A stretch of 64,000 nucleotides of DNA from Mobula hypostoma (taxonomy: Eukaryota). Numbering within the stretch: the first letter of the stretch is position 1; each line of letters begins with the position of its first letter. The notes under the pieces were generated by a model. That model had not been told where the DNA came from. It saw only the letters and a program-made list of their open reading frames with translations, and searched no databases. Positions 49,534 to 62,019 of this stretch are shown here, in pieces. The position numbers and the translations under genes are program-made. The DNA is taken from the NCBI RefSeq assembly GCF_963921235.1, contig NC_086097.1:79300001-79364000 (forward strand), in the 5' to 3' direction.

Positions 49534-50745
49534 TTGGTAAATCTTCCTTCCTGTTGCATATGTTTCAAAAATTTTCTAACATGAGTATCGGTACTCATAA
49601 TAAATACAAATAGATCTTCAAGCTCTACGTGCACAGACTGGATGCTTCAGACCTTATGAAATTCAAGCAGCATAAGCTGCCTACTCAATGGAATCTCAGT
49701 CTGCTTCACAGTCGAATCGGGTCAAGCATATCAAGAGCTGTAGCACAGCCCAAGCCCTGCAGTGAAGTGCATACAAGAGCCTTTGCAGTGACGCTCATAG
49801 TCAAAATAAAAATACTTGGAACGTCAGCACTACTCAAACTTCAGAAGTTTAAAGTATTTAAAGTTGGTGATCAATAAAAGTCGAGTTTATTAATAAAACC
49901 AAAAACACTTCATTTACATAACCTTCTCCCTCAATTTGTAGAAATTAATCCTTATGATCTAATATCTAAAAGGGATATTTCACTTTGTCCTCAAAATTTA
50001 TATCGTTCATCTATTTAACATACCCAGAAAAACAAAATATACATCAAAAAATCATTTTAAGCCCCATCTCAACTGCAGTACTAGATGGAATTCAACATAG
50101 CAGCCATGGAGAAATTATTTATTGTAGCTAGGACATCCAGGATACCCTAAAATGAGTGATAAATTATGGAAACATGGCTAACCTGTACTTTAATGTATTT
50201 ATCTAATTTTGCTCCGCCTACTGAAATCCTTAACACATCTATAAATATCAATACTAAAATGTAGAATTTAGCCATTCATTTACTTTTGAAGAAAACAAAT
50301 TAAAATTTCCAATTTTAAAACAATTTAACAATGCATTAATTTTGAAATTTTCACCTTTTTTCCCCCACCATCTTTTACCAATCACCAGAATCTCTATCAG
50401 ACCTTTTATTTGCTGATGTATTCTCGCATTTTGATCATCCTTTTAATTAATTTGCTTCAACCTTGTCAGCCTTTTGGATTCTGAGATCTGCAGTTTTGAC
50501 TGTCCACTGCTACTCTTGTAAAGTTCCTTTCCCCAGTATAAGATCCTGGTGAAGATCTACTTTCTTGTGACTACTTAACCTTTTCTTGTGTCCGTTGTTA
50601 TCTGCTCATGTTCTATGAATTGCCTTGAGACATTTCACCAATTTGAAGGAACAGAATGAAATAGAAATAGTTCTGCTTCTAAAAATGTCCCGAGGACTAA
50701 CTTTGCAATTACAGCAGTGCAAAGAAGTCACTTCAGTGGTTATAC

Positions 50746-52017
50746 AACCAACATACATCAAAGTTGCTGGTGAACGCAGCAGGCCAGGCAGCATCTATAG
50801 GAAGAGGCGCAGTCGACGTTTCAGGCCGAGACCCTTCGTCAGGACTAACTGAAGGAAGAGTGAGTAAGGGATTTGAAAGCTGGAGGGGGAGGGGGAGATG
50901 CAAAATGATAGGAGAAGACAGGAGGGGGAGGGATAGAGCCGAGAGCTGGACAGGTGATAGGCAAAGGGGGGATACGAGAGGATCATGGGACAGGAGGCCT
51001 AGGGAGAAAGACGGGGGGGGGGGTGACCCAGAGGATGGGCAAGAGGTATATTCAGAGGGACAGAGGGAGAAAAAGGAGAGTGAGAGAAAGAATGTGTGCA
51101 TAAAAATGAGTAACAGCTGGGGTACGAGGGGGAGGTGGGGCCTAGCGGAAGTTAGAGAAGTCAATGTTCATGCCATCAGGTTGGAGGCTACCCAGACGGA
51201 ATATAAAGTGTTGTTCCTCCAACCTGAGTGTGGCTTCATCTTTACAGTAGAGGAGGCCGTGGATAGACATGTCAGAATGGGAATGGGATGTGGAATTAAA
51301 ATGTGTGGCCACTGGGAGATCCTGCTTTCTCTGGCGGACAGAGCGTAGATGTTCAGCAAAGCGGTCTCCCAGTCTGCGTCGGGTCTCACCAATATATAAA
51401 AGGCCACATCGGGAGCACCGGACACAGTATATCACCCCAGTCGACTCACAGGTGAAGTGATGCCTCACCTGGAAGGACTGTTTGGGGCCCTGAATGGTGG
51501 TAAGGGAGGAAGTGTAAGGGCATGTGTAGCACTTGTTCCGCTTACACGGATAAGTGTCAGGAGGGAGATCAGTGGGGAGGGATGGGGGGGACGAATGGAC
51601 AAGGGAGTTGTGTAGGGAGCGATCCCTGCGGAATGCAGAGAGGGGGGGGAGGGAAAGATGTGCTTAGTGGTGGGATCCCGTTGGAGGTGGCGGAAGTTAC
51701 GGAGAATAATATGTTGGACCCGGAGGCTGGTGGGGTGGTAGGTGAGGACCAGGGGAACCCTATTCCTAGTGGGGTGGTGGGAGGATGGAGTGAGAGCAGA
51801 TGTACGTGAAATGGAGGAGATGCGTTTAAGAGCAGAGTTGATAGTGGAGGAAGGGAAGCCCCTTTCTTTAAAAAATGAAGACATCTCCCTCGTCCTAGAA
51901 TGAAAAGCCTCATCCTGAGAGCAGATGCGGCGGAGACGGAGGAATTGCGAGAAGGGGATGGCGTTTTTGCAAGAGACAGGGTGAGAAGAGGAATAGTCCA
52001 GATAGCTGTGAGTGCTG
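50746..52017 (-). mobile_element. Young 5'-truncated Penelope-like element (RT thumb, intact GIY-YIG endonuclease, 3' region with hammerhead)
   Basis: ORF 51142-51468 (VIYCVRCSRCGLLYIGETRRRLGDRFAEH...PVATHFN...EEQHFIFRLGSLQPDGMN). 13-bp TSD tcagtggttatac at 50733-50745 and 52018-52030. Confidence 0.93.
50811..50846 (-). ncRNA. Minimal type I hammerhead ribozyme motif
   Basis: AGTC-CTGACGA-AGGgtctcggCCT-GAAA-CGTC-GACT: stem I AGUC/GACU, CUGAnGA and GAAA cores, stem II, and a GUC cleavage triplet. Confidence 0.8.
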
Positions 52018-52629
52018 TCAGTGGTTATACTGTAGAACTCTTCTTATTTGTTATGTTTTAATAGACTAGTTCCAGCTGTCATTTTGTTTATTTTCAATTA
52101 AAGAAACGGTGTATTCAATGACCTCCCTGTAACACAAGAACATAAGAAAATAGAAACAGGGTAGAAACAGGGTTAAGCTGCTCAGCTCCATAACCCTACA
52201 ATGCTTTTCAATATGATCATGACAATCTGCCTCAAGCCTTATCTCATCTTCACAGCAGTTCCTATAAACCTTAATCCTCTCATCTCCCTCCTCATTAAAT
52301 ATCTCCAGTGATCCAGCCTCCACAGCCCTCCAGGATGGGAAACACTAGATTCAACATCTTCTGCAATGCACTTGTTTTGAAATGACCATCTTGTATCCAT
52401 GCCTGCCTTCGGTTAGTAATTTAAACAGGAGGTAAGCTAGCCCACAAGAGAGACTATGCACGCATAAACCTGTCATCATTTCCAACATCCCAAATCAGAT
52501 CTACAGCAATATGGCCAAGTTTCTCAGTTGTACCAGAACACCAGAAAAGTTTAAAACCGGAAGAACAGCATTAACCTAGACACAGATTGGAGAAATTAGT
52601 AATTTCTCAGCAAAACAATCTTGCAAAGT

Positions 52630-52860
52630 CCTCCTCATAAAACGGGGCAGTGCTGTCTAATTTGGCAGAGCTGTCTTACAGACAAACCAAGCAACAGCCT
52701 GAGTCAACACAAAAGCAATACCTTCCAGATGGCATGTCAGACACCTCCATCACAAACGCTGGGTATGCTCTTTCCCTGAGCAGAACAAGCCCACATAAGC
52801 AACTGGTACTGTGGTATACAGAGGGAGGGGTAGGCCTCAACTCTGACTCTAGGCTCACCC
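52630..52860 (+). mobile_element. Decayed LINE APE-endonuclease N-terminal fragment
   Basis: NLAELSYR..KQQP...YLPD..SDTSIT..GYALS...VVY pattern with frameshifts. Confidence 0.35.
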
Positions 52861-53034
52861 ACTTACTTGGGTTCTTATTCTGAACACTTTTGTAGGCAGC
52901 ACAACTAGTAAGATGGAAATAGATTAATACCTCAGGGACTTCAAATCCATCTTCAAGAGGGAATTGGCAGCACCACCACTGATGAGGCCAGTCAAGTCCC
53001 ACAAGTCCAAAAAAATAAATTTCCAGATTGGATC

Positions 53035-54153
53035 TATGATTGAGAAGTTGCAGAACCTGGGTCTCTGTACCTCCCTCTGCAATTGGATCCTCGACTTCCC
53101 AACCAGAAGACCACAATCTGTGTGGATTGGTGATAACATACCCTCCTCACTGACGATCAACACTGGCGCACCTCAGGGATGTGTGCTTAGCCCACTGCTC
53201 TACTCTCTATATACTATATACCTATGACTGTGTGGCGAGGCATAGCTCAAATACCATCTATAAATTTACTGACGATACAACCACTGTTGGTAGAATCTTA
53301 GATGGTGACGAGAGGGCATACAGGAGTGAGATATGCCAACTAGTGAAGTGGTGCTGCAGCAACAACCTGGCATTCAACATCAGTAAGATGAAAGAGCTGA
53401 TTGTGGACTTCAGGAAGGGTAAGACGAAGGAACACATACCAATCCTCATAGAGGGATCAGAAGTGGAGAATGTGAGCAGCTTCAAGTTCCTGGGTGTCAA
53501 GATCTCTGAGGATCTAACCTGGTCCCAACATACCGATTCCGTTATAAAGAAGGCAAGACAGTGACTATACTAGGAGTTTGAAGAGAGTTGACACGTCAAC
53601 AAATATACTTAAAAACTTCCATAGTTGTACCGTGGAGAGCATTCTGACTGGCGGCATCACTGTCTGGTATGGAGGGGCTACTGCAGTACCGAAAGAAGCT
53701 GCAGAAGGTTGTAAATCTAGTCAGCTCCATCTTGGGCACTAGCCTACAAAGTACCCAGGTCATCTTTAGGGAGCGGTGTCTCAGAAAGGTAGCGTCCATT
53801 ATTAAAGATTTCCAGCACCCAGGGCATGCCCTTTTCTCACTGTTACCATCAGGTAAGAGGTAGAGGAGCCTTAAGGCACACACTGAGCGATTCAGGAACA
53901 GCTTCTTCCTCTCTGCCATCCAATTCCTAAATGGACATTGAGTTTTTGGATGCTACCTCACTTTTTTTTTTAAATATACAGTATTTCTGTCTTGCATGCT
54001 TTTTAAAAATCTATTTCATATACATCATTTATTTACTTGTTTATTTATTATTTTTAAAAATTCTCTGCTAGATTATGTATTGCATTGAACTGCTGCCAAG
54101 TTAACAAATTTCACATCACATGCCGGTGATAATAAACCTGATTCTGATTCTGA
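53035..54153 (+). mobile_element. Rex1/Babar-type LINE 3' half
   Basis: [44 protein letters not shown] and HPGHALFSLLPSGKR. (attctg)n tail. Confidence 0.9.
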
Positions 54154-54329
54154 CAGGAAAGAATAAAACTATCTAACCTTATCATTACAAATCCATCTTC
54201 TGCAGATGCGTCCATCTCAGATAGCACTGCCCACTACAAAGTCTCGTGGAGACAAATTCTCATATTCACATCCAGGAAATCCCTTCATGTGGTGTCAGAG
54301 AGATATGTGTCAAGTTTCCATCTTTTCAC

Positions 54330-55030
54330 ATTTTACTGTAATGATTTAGAAGAGGGAAATCAAAGGTAATCAATGTTTAAATTTTCAACAAAGTTATGGA
54401 TATTGTGGACTGTGGAAAGGATGTGTAATGCAGAAAAGTTTCTGGGGATATAGACAGGCTAAGTGAGTAGGCCAAGACATGACAGATGGAAGAATAATGT
54501 AAAAGAATATGAAGTCATCTGCTCTGATGGAAAAAGAATAGAAAGCAGAATTTACTTTATTAAAAACATTACAGGAACTTGCAAAATCAGAGGGACTTGA
54601 GTGACCTCATACACATATAATTGCAATATCAATTTGTAGTTTCAAATAATAATTAGAAAGGCAAGTAACATAATGGTCTTTGACTCAAATCCTCTTGCTC
54701 CAAGTATAGGGTAGATGTCTTCCTCCAATTGTAGAAAATTTTTAGGGGACACCTGGGCCTACTGAGTGTTTTAGGCATTTTTGGTTATTTTATCTAATGA
54801 GACGGCAACAGAAGACATACTGGTGATTGAGTATGTACAATGACCAGATTCCTGGAAATATATGAGGAAAGATTAAACACTCTGAGCCTGTAGTCTCAAG
54901 AAAAAAATGAAGAGATGATGAACTCATTGAAATGTACAAAATCCTTAAAAGGTTTGACAGGATATATGCAGAGTTGATTATTTCCTCTGCTTTATGAATG
55001 GAGAACCAGGATCACAGTCTCAAAAACAAG
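54330..55030 (+). mobile_element. Old decayed CR1 3' fragment
   Basis: gatatagacaggctaagtgagt, cagagggacttg and ctcattgaaatgtacaaaatcctt segments in colinear order. Confidence 0.6.
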
Positions 55031-55139
55031 GCTGGCTTTGAAATTAATAAAACACATGCATCTGTCTGAATTACCCTCATCTTGCAGCCATTTTTAATAA
55101 ATGTGAAATATCCTTAAGCATGAAGCAGAAATTTTAGTA

Positions 55140-56483
55140 CAGGTGGCCCCCGTTTTCCGAACGTTTGCTTTATGACACCTCGCTGTTACAAAAGACCTAC
55201 ATTAGTTACCTGTTTTCGCTAACAGAAGGTGTTTTCACTGTTACGGAAAAAGGCATCGCGCGTCCGAACAGCCAAGCTCCTCCCCCGGAACTGCATTCTA
55301 GCCGGCATTGCTTAAACACATGCTTTATCTCGATTTATTTTGTGCATCTGTTAGCAAGATAAGCTCTAAGGTATCGGAAAAGCCTAAAAGAGCAGGTGTT
55401 ACACTTAGCGTAAAACTAGACATAATTAAGTGTTTCGATCGTGGTGAATGAAGTAAGGACATTGTCCGCGCGTTGAATCTGCCTGCATCCACCATTCGCA
55501 CTATTTATACACAGAGAGAAAGAATATTGAAAGCTGACGATGTTATTGTTGGTTCTGCTCGTAGCAAAGTGGTCTCTTAGTCGGCATCCAATAATGGATA
55601 AAATGGAAAGTCTATTGCTTGAGTGGATTGATGGGTGTACAAAGCGCAGTGTTCCGTTAAGTTTTCTTATACTTAAGGAGAAATCAGTCAGTCTTTTTAG
55701 TAAGCTGAAACAGAAAGCACTGGACAATGGTGATGAAAGTGTTGCGAAAGTGGAATTTAAAGGTAGTCACGGGTGGTTTGATCGGTTTCTGAGGCGAGGG
55801 CAGCTTCATAGTTTAAGCAGTGGTCCCCAACCTCCGGGCTGCGGACCGATACATTGCCGCGAAGCATGCAGTGGTGCAGCGGTAGTCGGAACGCATCCGG
55901 CACATCTTTAAGAAAAAAGCCGAAATAAACAAGCTAATTAATTAGGTGCCACCCAGCACATAAATGTCAGCCCAGATCAGAGGCAATTGCCGACTGCGTC
56001 AGGTGGTTATTCGTATAAGCAAGTGTTTAACTGTGACGAAACTGCAATTGATTGGAGTCTTCCCGATTCCGGTAAGTGAAACTACACTATACATACATTA
56101 TTTCTACTTTATATAGGCTGTGTATTTTTATGTGTTATTTGGTATAATTTGACAGCTTCATAGCTTAAAGGTTACTGGAGAGAGTGTTTCTGCCGAGAGC
56201 GCTTCTGCGAGATTTCCCCTGTGTTAGACAGTGCTGCAGAAAAGTATTTCTACTTTATATAGGCTGTGTATTTATCATACCATTCCTGCTTTTACTATGT
56301 GTTACTGTTATTTTAGGTTTTATGAGTTATTTGGCATGATTTTGCAGGTTTTTTTTTGGATCTGGGAACGCTCAAAAATTTTTCCCATATTAATAAATGG
56401 TAATTGTTTATTCACTTTATGACATTCCAGCTTACAAACCGTTTCATAGGAACACTCTACCTTCGGATAGTGGGGGAAACTTG
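55140..56483 (+). mobile_element. Tigger/pogo internally deleted derivative, copy 2 (keeps the HTH_psq and CENP-B-like DNA-binding region)
   Basis: TA|CAGGTGGCCCCCG...GGGGAAACTTG|TA. MESLLLEWID...FKGSHGWFDRFLRR, and GYSYKQVFNCDETAI at ~56002-56055. Confidence 0.9.
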
Positions 56484-57581
56484 TACAAAAACATTTGAAG
56501 TTAAAACTGACATGACTAATAACATGGTAACAGATTGCAGTGAAAATCACAAGGCCACTAAATGGTGTAAGATCCAATTTCAAAACAATGCTACTTCAAT
56601 TACAGCACCTGATCTGTCTGAAAGGAGCAACCACCTTGGACTTTAACAGCTTCAGCTCAGAACAAGAGGGGTAGTTAAATTTAGGACTGCAACACAAACA
56701 TAACTTCAAGTTTAGGGCTATATTGTTCAACATGCAGTTACTGGAAAAACTTTCAGGATTCAAATTTTTTTTTCCAGGCTGTAGCTCAAACATCAGAAGG
56801 GCTTGCTGCATAGTGACCAAGCCATCTCCCAACCATTAAGCCAAGGTGGCCATTCACAAGTTAGGCAGCAAGCCCTTACCGACTGGCAGCTCTCCTTCCG
56901 AGAAAATTCCCACACCCTGCAGTCTTTGGAAAAGGATTACAGGTGTGCGCTGCTTAACGTCCATTCAGACAATGTCCGATCGTATATTGCCCCCTCAGAG
57001 TATTATTGTCAGAGTAACTGTTTGCCCAACATAGCAGGTGATGAGATAAAAAAAAAGGAGACAAAGACTGTGCCTTTAATGAATGTATGGTCAACAAATT
57101 ACAGATGAAAGAAATCACAGTATCTTTTGATTTGTTTATGACATACAAATCACTTTTGTTTTTAAAAACTATTATCCCTTCAGTTTGAGTTCTAACAAAG
57201 AGTCAAATTGAAGGACACTGCAAAATTGTGTTTCTAATCTGTTTATTTGCCTTAAGGATTTTGCTAAAGTGAACAAGTGGGTATATCTAAGTGTGATCAC
57301 TTTTATAACTAGGTATGTATATTAAAAATACACCTGCTAAATACTAACTGTGAAATCATTTTCCAAAATATTCATTGGGTTGGGCTTTGTGCAATCGATA
57401 CTACAAGCTCTCACCATATTTCTGCTTTCAGGAAGCTCCAATTACCATGAACAATTGATTATCACATCAGGAAGAATTATTTAAACATAAAAAGTTATCA
57501 GTAACAAACATCATTATTCATAAAGTTCTATTAAACACAATGAATATTAATGCAATTACTAAAAACTAAACAGCATCACAA

Positions 57582-59915
57582 GACTACAAGACATAGCAGA
57601 AGAATTATAACCCATTTGACTCATTGATTCTGCTCCGCCATTCCATCATAGCTGATTTATTATCCCTCTAAACCCCATTTTCTTGTCTTCTCCTCATAAC
57701 CTCTGATACCATGAGTGATCAAGAATGTATTCATCTCCACTTTAAACATACCCAATGCCTTGGCCTCCACAGCCATCTGCGGCAATGAATTCCAGAGACT
57801 CACCACCCCCTAGACAAAGAAATTCCTCATCTCTGTTCTGAAGAGATGTCCTTATTCTGAGTCCGTGCACTCTGGTCCTAAACTCCCTTTAGGAAATAAC
57901 TTTCCTTTCAATATTCGTTAGGTTTCAAAGAGATCCCCCCTCATTCTTCTAAACTCCAGTGAGTACAAGCCCAGAACCTTCAAACACTCCTCATACGTTA
58001 ACCCTTTCATTTCAGGGATCATTCTTATGAACCTCCTCTGGACCCTCTCCAGTGTCAGCACATCTTCTCTCAGTTAAGTGGCTCCAAAACTGCTCACGAT
58101 ACTCCAAGTGCTGTCTGACCAACACCTTATAAAGCCTCAGCATTACATCCTTGCTGCTATATTCTAGTCCTCTGAAAATCAATGCTAACATTGCATTTGT
58201 CTTCCTTACCACTGACCCAACCTGCAAATTAACCTTTAAGGAATCCTGCACAAGGACTCCCAAGTCCCTTTGCACCTCTGATTTTTGAATTTTCTCTCCA
58301 TTTAGAAAATAATCTATGCCTTTATTCCTTCTACCAAAGTGCATGACCATATATGTCCCTGCACTATATTCCATCTGTCAATTTTTTGCCATTCTCCCAA
58401 CTTGTCTATCTTTTTGGAGACTCCCTGCTTCCTCACATTACCTGCCACTCAACCTATCTTAGTATTGTTCACAAACTTGGCAACAAATCCATCAATTCTG
58501 TCATCCAAATCATTGACATATAAACGTGAATAGTTACTGGCAGCTAACCAGAAAAGGCGCCTTTTATTCCTATTCTCTGCTTCCTGCCAGTCAGCCAAAC
58601 TTCTGTCCAAGCTAGTATCTTTCCTGGAATACCATGGGCTTTTATCTTGTTAAGCAGCCTACTGTGCGGCACCTTGTCAAAGGCCTTCTGAAAATCCTTC
58701 ACATACATGGGTAGTAAAAATCTTTACGTTACGTCTCCATCTAAATGTGCAATGTGCAATCATAGTAATTTATAATAAATAGAACAGTCAGTGTAATATA
58801 GAGTACTCTCAAATCAGCGCGAGTTGATCAGTCTGATGGCCTGGTGGAAGAAGTTGTCCTGGATCCTGTTGGTCCTGGCTTTTATGCTGCTGCATGTTAT
58901 TTCCTCAAAGCATTCAAACAGTTTGTCAGGCAAGATTTCCTTTTAAGGAAAGCATGCTGACTTTAGCCTACTTTATCATGTGCCTCCAAGCTCCCAAAAG
59001 GTCATCCGTAATAATGGACTTCAAAATCTTTCCAATCACTGAAGCCAGGCTAACTGGGCTATAATTTTCTTTCTTTTGCTGCCATCCCTTCTTAAAGAAT
59101 GGAGTCAAATTTGCAAATTTCCAATCCCCGGGAAGCATTCCAGAATCCAGAATTTTATATATTTTATAATATATAATATTTATATTATAATAGTATATTA
59201 CTAATGCCTCCACAATCTCCTTCAGAACCATGGGGTGTAGTCCATCTGGTCCAGCTGATTTATCTAGCTTCTGACTTTTCAGCTTCCCCAGCACCTTCTT
59301 CTTAGTAACAGCAACTTCACTCACTTCTGTACCCTGATACTTGAATTCCTGGCATACTGATTGTCTTCTACAGTGAAAACTGACACAAAATACTTAAATT
59401 CTTCCACCGTTTCTTTGTCCCCAATTACTACCTTACCAATGTCATTTGTCAGCAGTTCCGATATCCACTCTCACCTCTTCTAAAAAAAACTTCTTGTACT
59501 TTTTTTTAATATATTATTGGCCAGCTTATCTTCATATATCAACTTTTCTTTCCTTACGGCTTTTTTAATGGCCTTCTATTGGTTTTTAAAATGCTTCCCA
59601 GTCCTCTAACTTTCCACTAATTTTCCCTATATTACATGTCCTCTCTTTTGCTTTTATGCTGTCTTTTACTTCCCTTGTCAGCCATGATCCTCCCTTTAGA
59701 ATACTTCTTTGGGATGTATCTATCCTGAGACCTGTAGAAGGGTCTCGGCCTGAAACGTTGACTGCTTATTCATTTCCATAGATGCTGCCTGACCTATTGA
59801 GTTCCTCCAGTATTTTGTGTGTTGCAGTGTACCTATCCCTGCGTCTTCCAAATTGATCAAAAAAAACCCAGCCATTGTTGTTCTGCCGTCATCTCTGCTA
59901 GTGTTCCCTTCCAAA
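57582..59915 (-). mobile_element. Decayed CR1 LINE with nested Rex (~58700-58895) and Penelope (59728-59827) pieces
   Basis: KSAGPDGLHP, NYSPVSL, QRDLGVLV and LEYREQFWS ORF pieces. Tail near 57582. Confidence 0.85.
59728..59827 (+). mobile_element. ~100-bp Penelope-derived mini-insertion with a decayed hammerhead
   Basis: cctgtagaagggtctcggcctgaaacgttgactg..., flanked by imperfect direct repeat tgtatctatcctg / tgtacctatccctg. Confidence 0.7.
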
Positions 59916-60249
59916 CAAACTAGCTTTTCTCTCTCATCCTACTAATCCTGCATTCAGATAGTTAATATGATCAAGTGGAGATATTATTCACTTTTTCATA
60001 TCATCACACTTCATTTAAACTGTGCTCCCCTTTTCAAGCTGAACATGAAGTTAACTGCAAAGGCACAAGATGGCAGAGAACAAATTCCATTTTGAATGAA
60101 CAATTTATTCTGAACACAAAGACAAATTGCCTGAACTATTTGGATCAAAGTCAAAAATGTATTTGAAATGCATAATTAAGATTTTGGTATGCAGTATATT
60201 TCTAAATTTAATTATTTTATGAATTTCAGCCCAGAACTGTCAATGTGGT

Positions 60250-61070
60250 TTTGATGTATCAAGATAGGCTGATCCAGAAGACTGAGTTGCATGAGATCCA
60301 CAATGACTTGCCTGTTTGGATTCTGAATTAGCTTGTCTATAGAAGACAAGGGTTGTGGTTGATTCTGGGCTGGAGGTCCTTGAGTAGTGATGTTCCGCCA
60401 AGGATCCATACTGAAACTGTTTGTCAAATGACTTGGAAGAAAATGTGGATGGGCAGGTTAGTAAGCTCACAGAGGACACAAAGGTGGTGTTGTGAATAGC
60501 ATAGAAAATTGCTAAAAGATAGAGCAGAGTAATCAATTGCATATTTAAGTGAAGAAATGGTAGATGGAGTTTAACCTGGGCAAGTGAGCTTGCTGCACTT
60601 TGAGAGATCAAATATAAAGAGGAAGTACAGATTTGATGGCAGGACTCTTAAAAGTGTACAAAGGAATCTTGGGTCCAAGTCTATAGCTCTCAGAGTGACC
60701 ACACAAGTTGATTTGGTGGTAGAGAAGGCGTCATTAGTCAAGACAGAGTTCAAGAGTCAGGAAGTTATGTTGCAGCTTTATAGAACTCTAGTTAGGCCTG
60801 TATCAGGAGTATTACATTCATTTCTGGTCACCCCATTATAGGAAGGATGATGAAGTTCTGAAGAGGGTGCAGAAGTAGTTTACCAGGATGGATGAGAGGG
60901 TAAGAAGAGGTTAGACAAACTAGTGTTCTTCTCTCTGGAGCAGCAGAAGTTGAGGAAAGACCTGACAAAAGTTTGTATATTTATATGAGGCATAGACAGT
61001 TGGTAAATGTCTAACATCAAAGGTCCTGCATTTAGGTGAGAGGGATTAATTTCAAAGGAGATGTGACTTT
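60250..61070 (+). mobile_element. Old decayed CR1
   Basis: gttccgccaaggatc and EFKSQEVMLQLYRTLVRP segments. Confidence 0.7.
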
Positions 61071-61737
61071 TAGGAGTGTTCTATGAATGAGTTTCTATGA
61101 AGCAATAAACACATCTCCATACAATTCTAATTATTTGAATGCCTGATCTTCCAGTGAAATAATGGGGAAACCTTTAGAGGTGGTTTCTGGACATTCCTGA
61201 TTAATCTATGTTAACGTATACATTGCTACAGGGTATTTGAAGGATATGAATTAGGAGTATAGCACTCTGCTCACCATTTAATCAAAATAATCTTATCTCA
61301 GGCCAAGGTCTTTGAATTAAAACAAACTCTTTCCACAGATGCCTCTTTTTGTACAAAGTATTTCTAGCACTGTTTCATGGTACTGATTTTGGTGAAATTT
61401 GGTCAGCTGTTTGTTATACAGGATACACAAAATGAAAGGCAGCAGCAAGTTTATTATTCTAATAGTAATGTAAAACGATGGAATTGAACAGGTTTCCCAT
61501 TTTTTTAACTTGAATTTACCATATTGATTTACATTCAGCTCTACCTCATCTTTACCCATCTTCAACATTCCATTTCCAAAGGCCCTTCGCCCAGTGGAAT
61601 AGAAACCCTTTCCAATCCTATCTTCAGCCATACAACAAATATATGTCCCATGTTACCAATTGCATTGGTAATCATCTAACACTGAACCACTTCAATCTCA
61701 CTTGTAATACAGAGAGATGTGCTTCTGGTAGATACAT

Positions 61738-61758
61738 ACACACACACACACACACACA
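61738..61758. repeat. (AC)n microsatellite, about 10 units
   Basis: Seen directly. Confidence 0.9.
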
Positions 61759-62019
61759 AATTAAGACTTTCCCTTCAACAACATCAACTATTTCTTACCA
61801 GCTAAGATAATCTACAAACGAAACTACTCATTCTCCTTTCATACTTCACTGCAAAGGTAAGCAAAGTCTGGTTTCGATGCATTGTTTCAATCCAGGACTC
61901 ATCTTCCATTAAATCATAGCATTCTACTTCTGGCAGCCTGCCATCAGTTGGCTAATCTTTAAAATCGCTTTCTCTAAATCTTTTCCCCTCTACATTGCTT
62001 GCATCTTTTTCTTGATCAC

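Noticed and set aside
50764..51348. 194-aa Gly/Arg-rich plus-strand ORF
   Set aside because: It is the antisense frame of the Penelope GIY-YIG region and its pyrimidine-rich 3' region.
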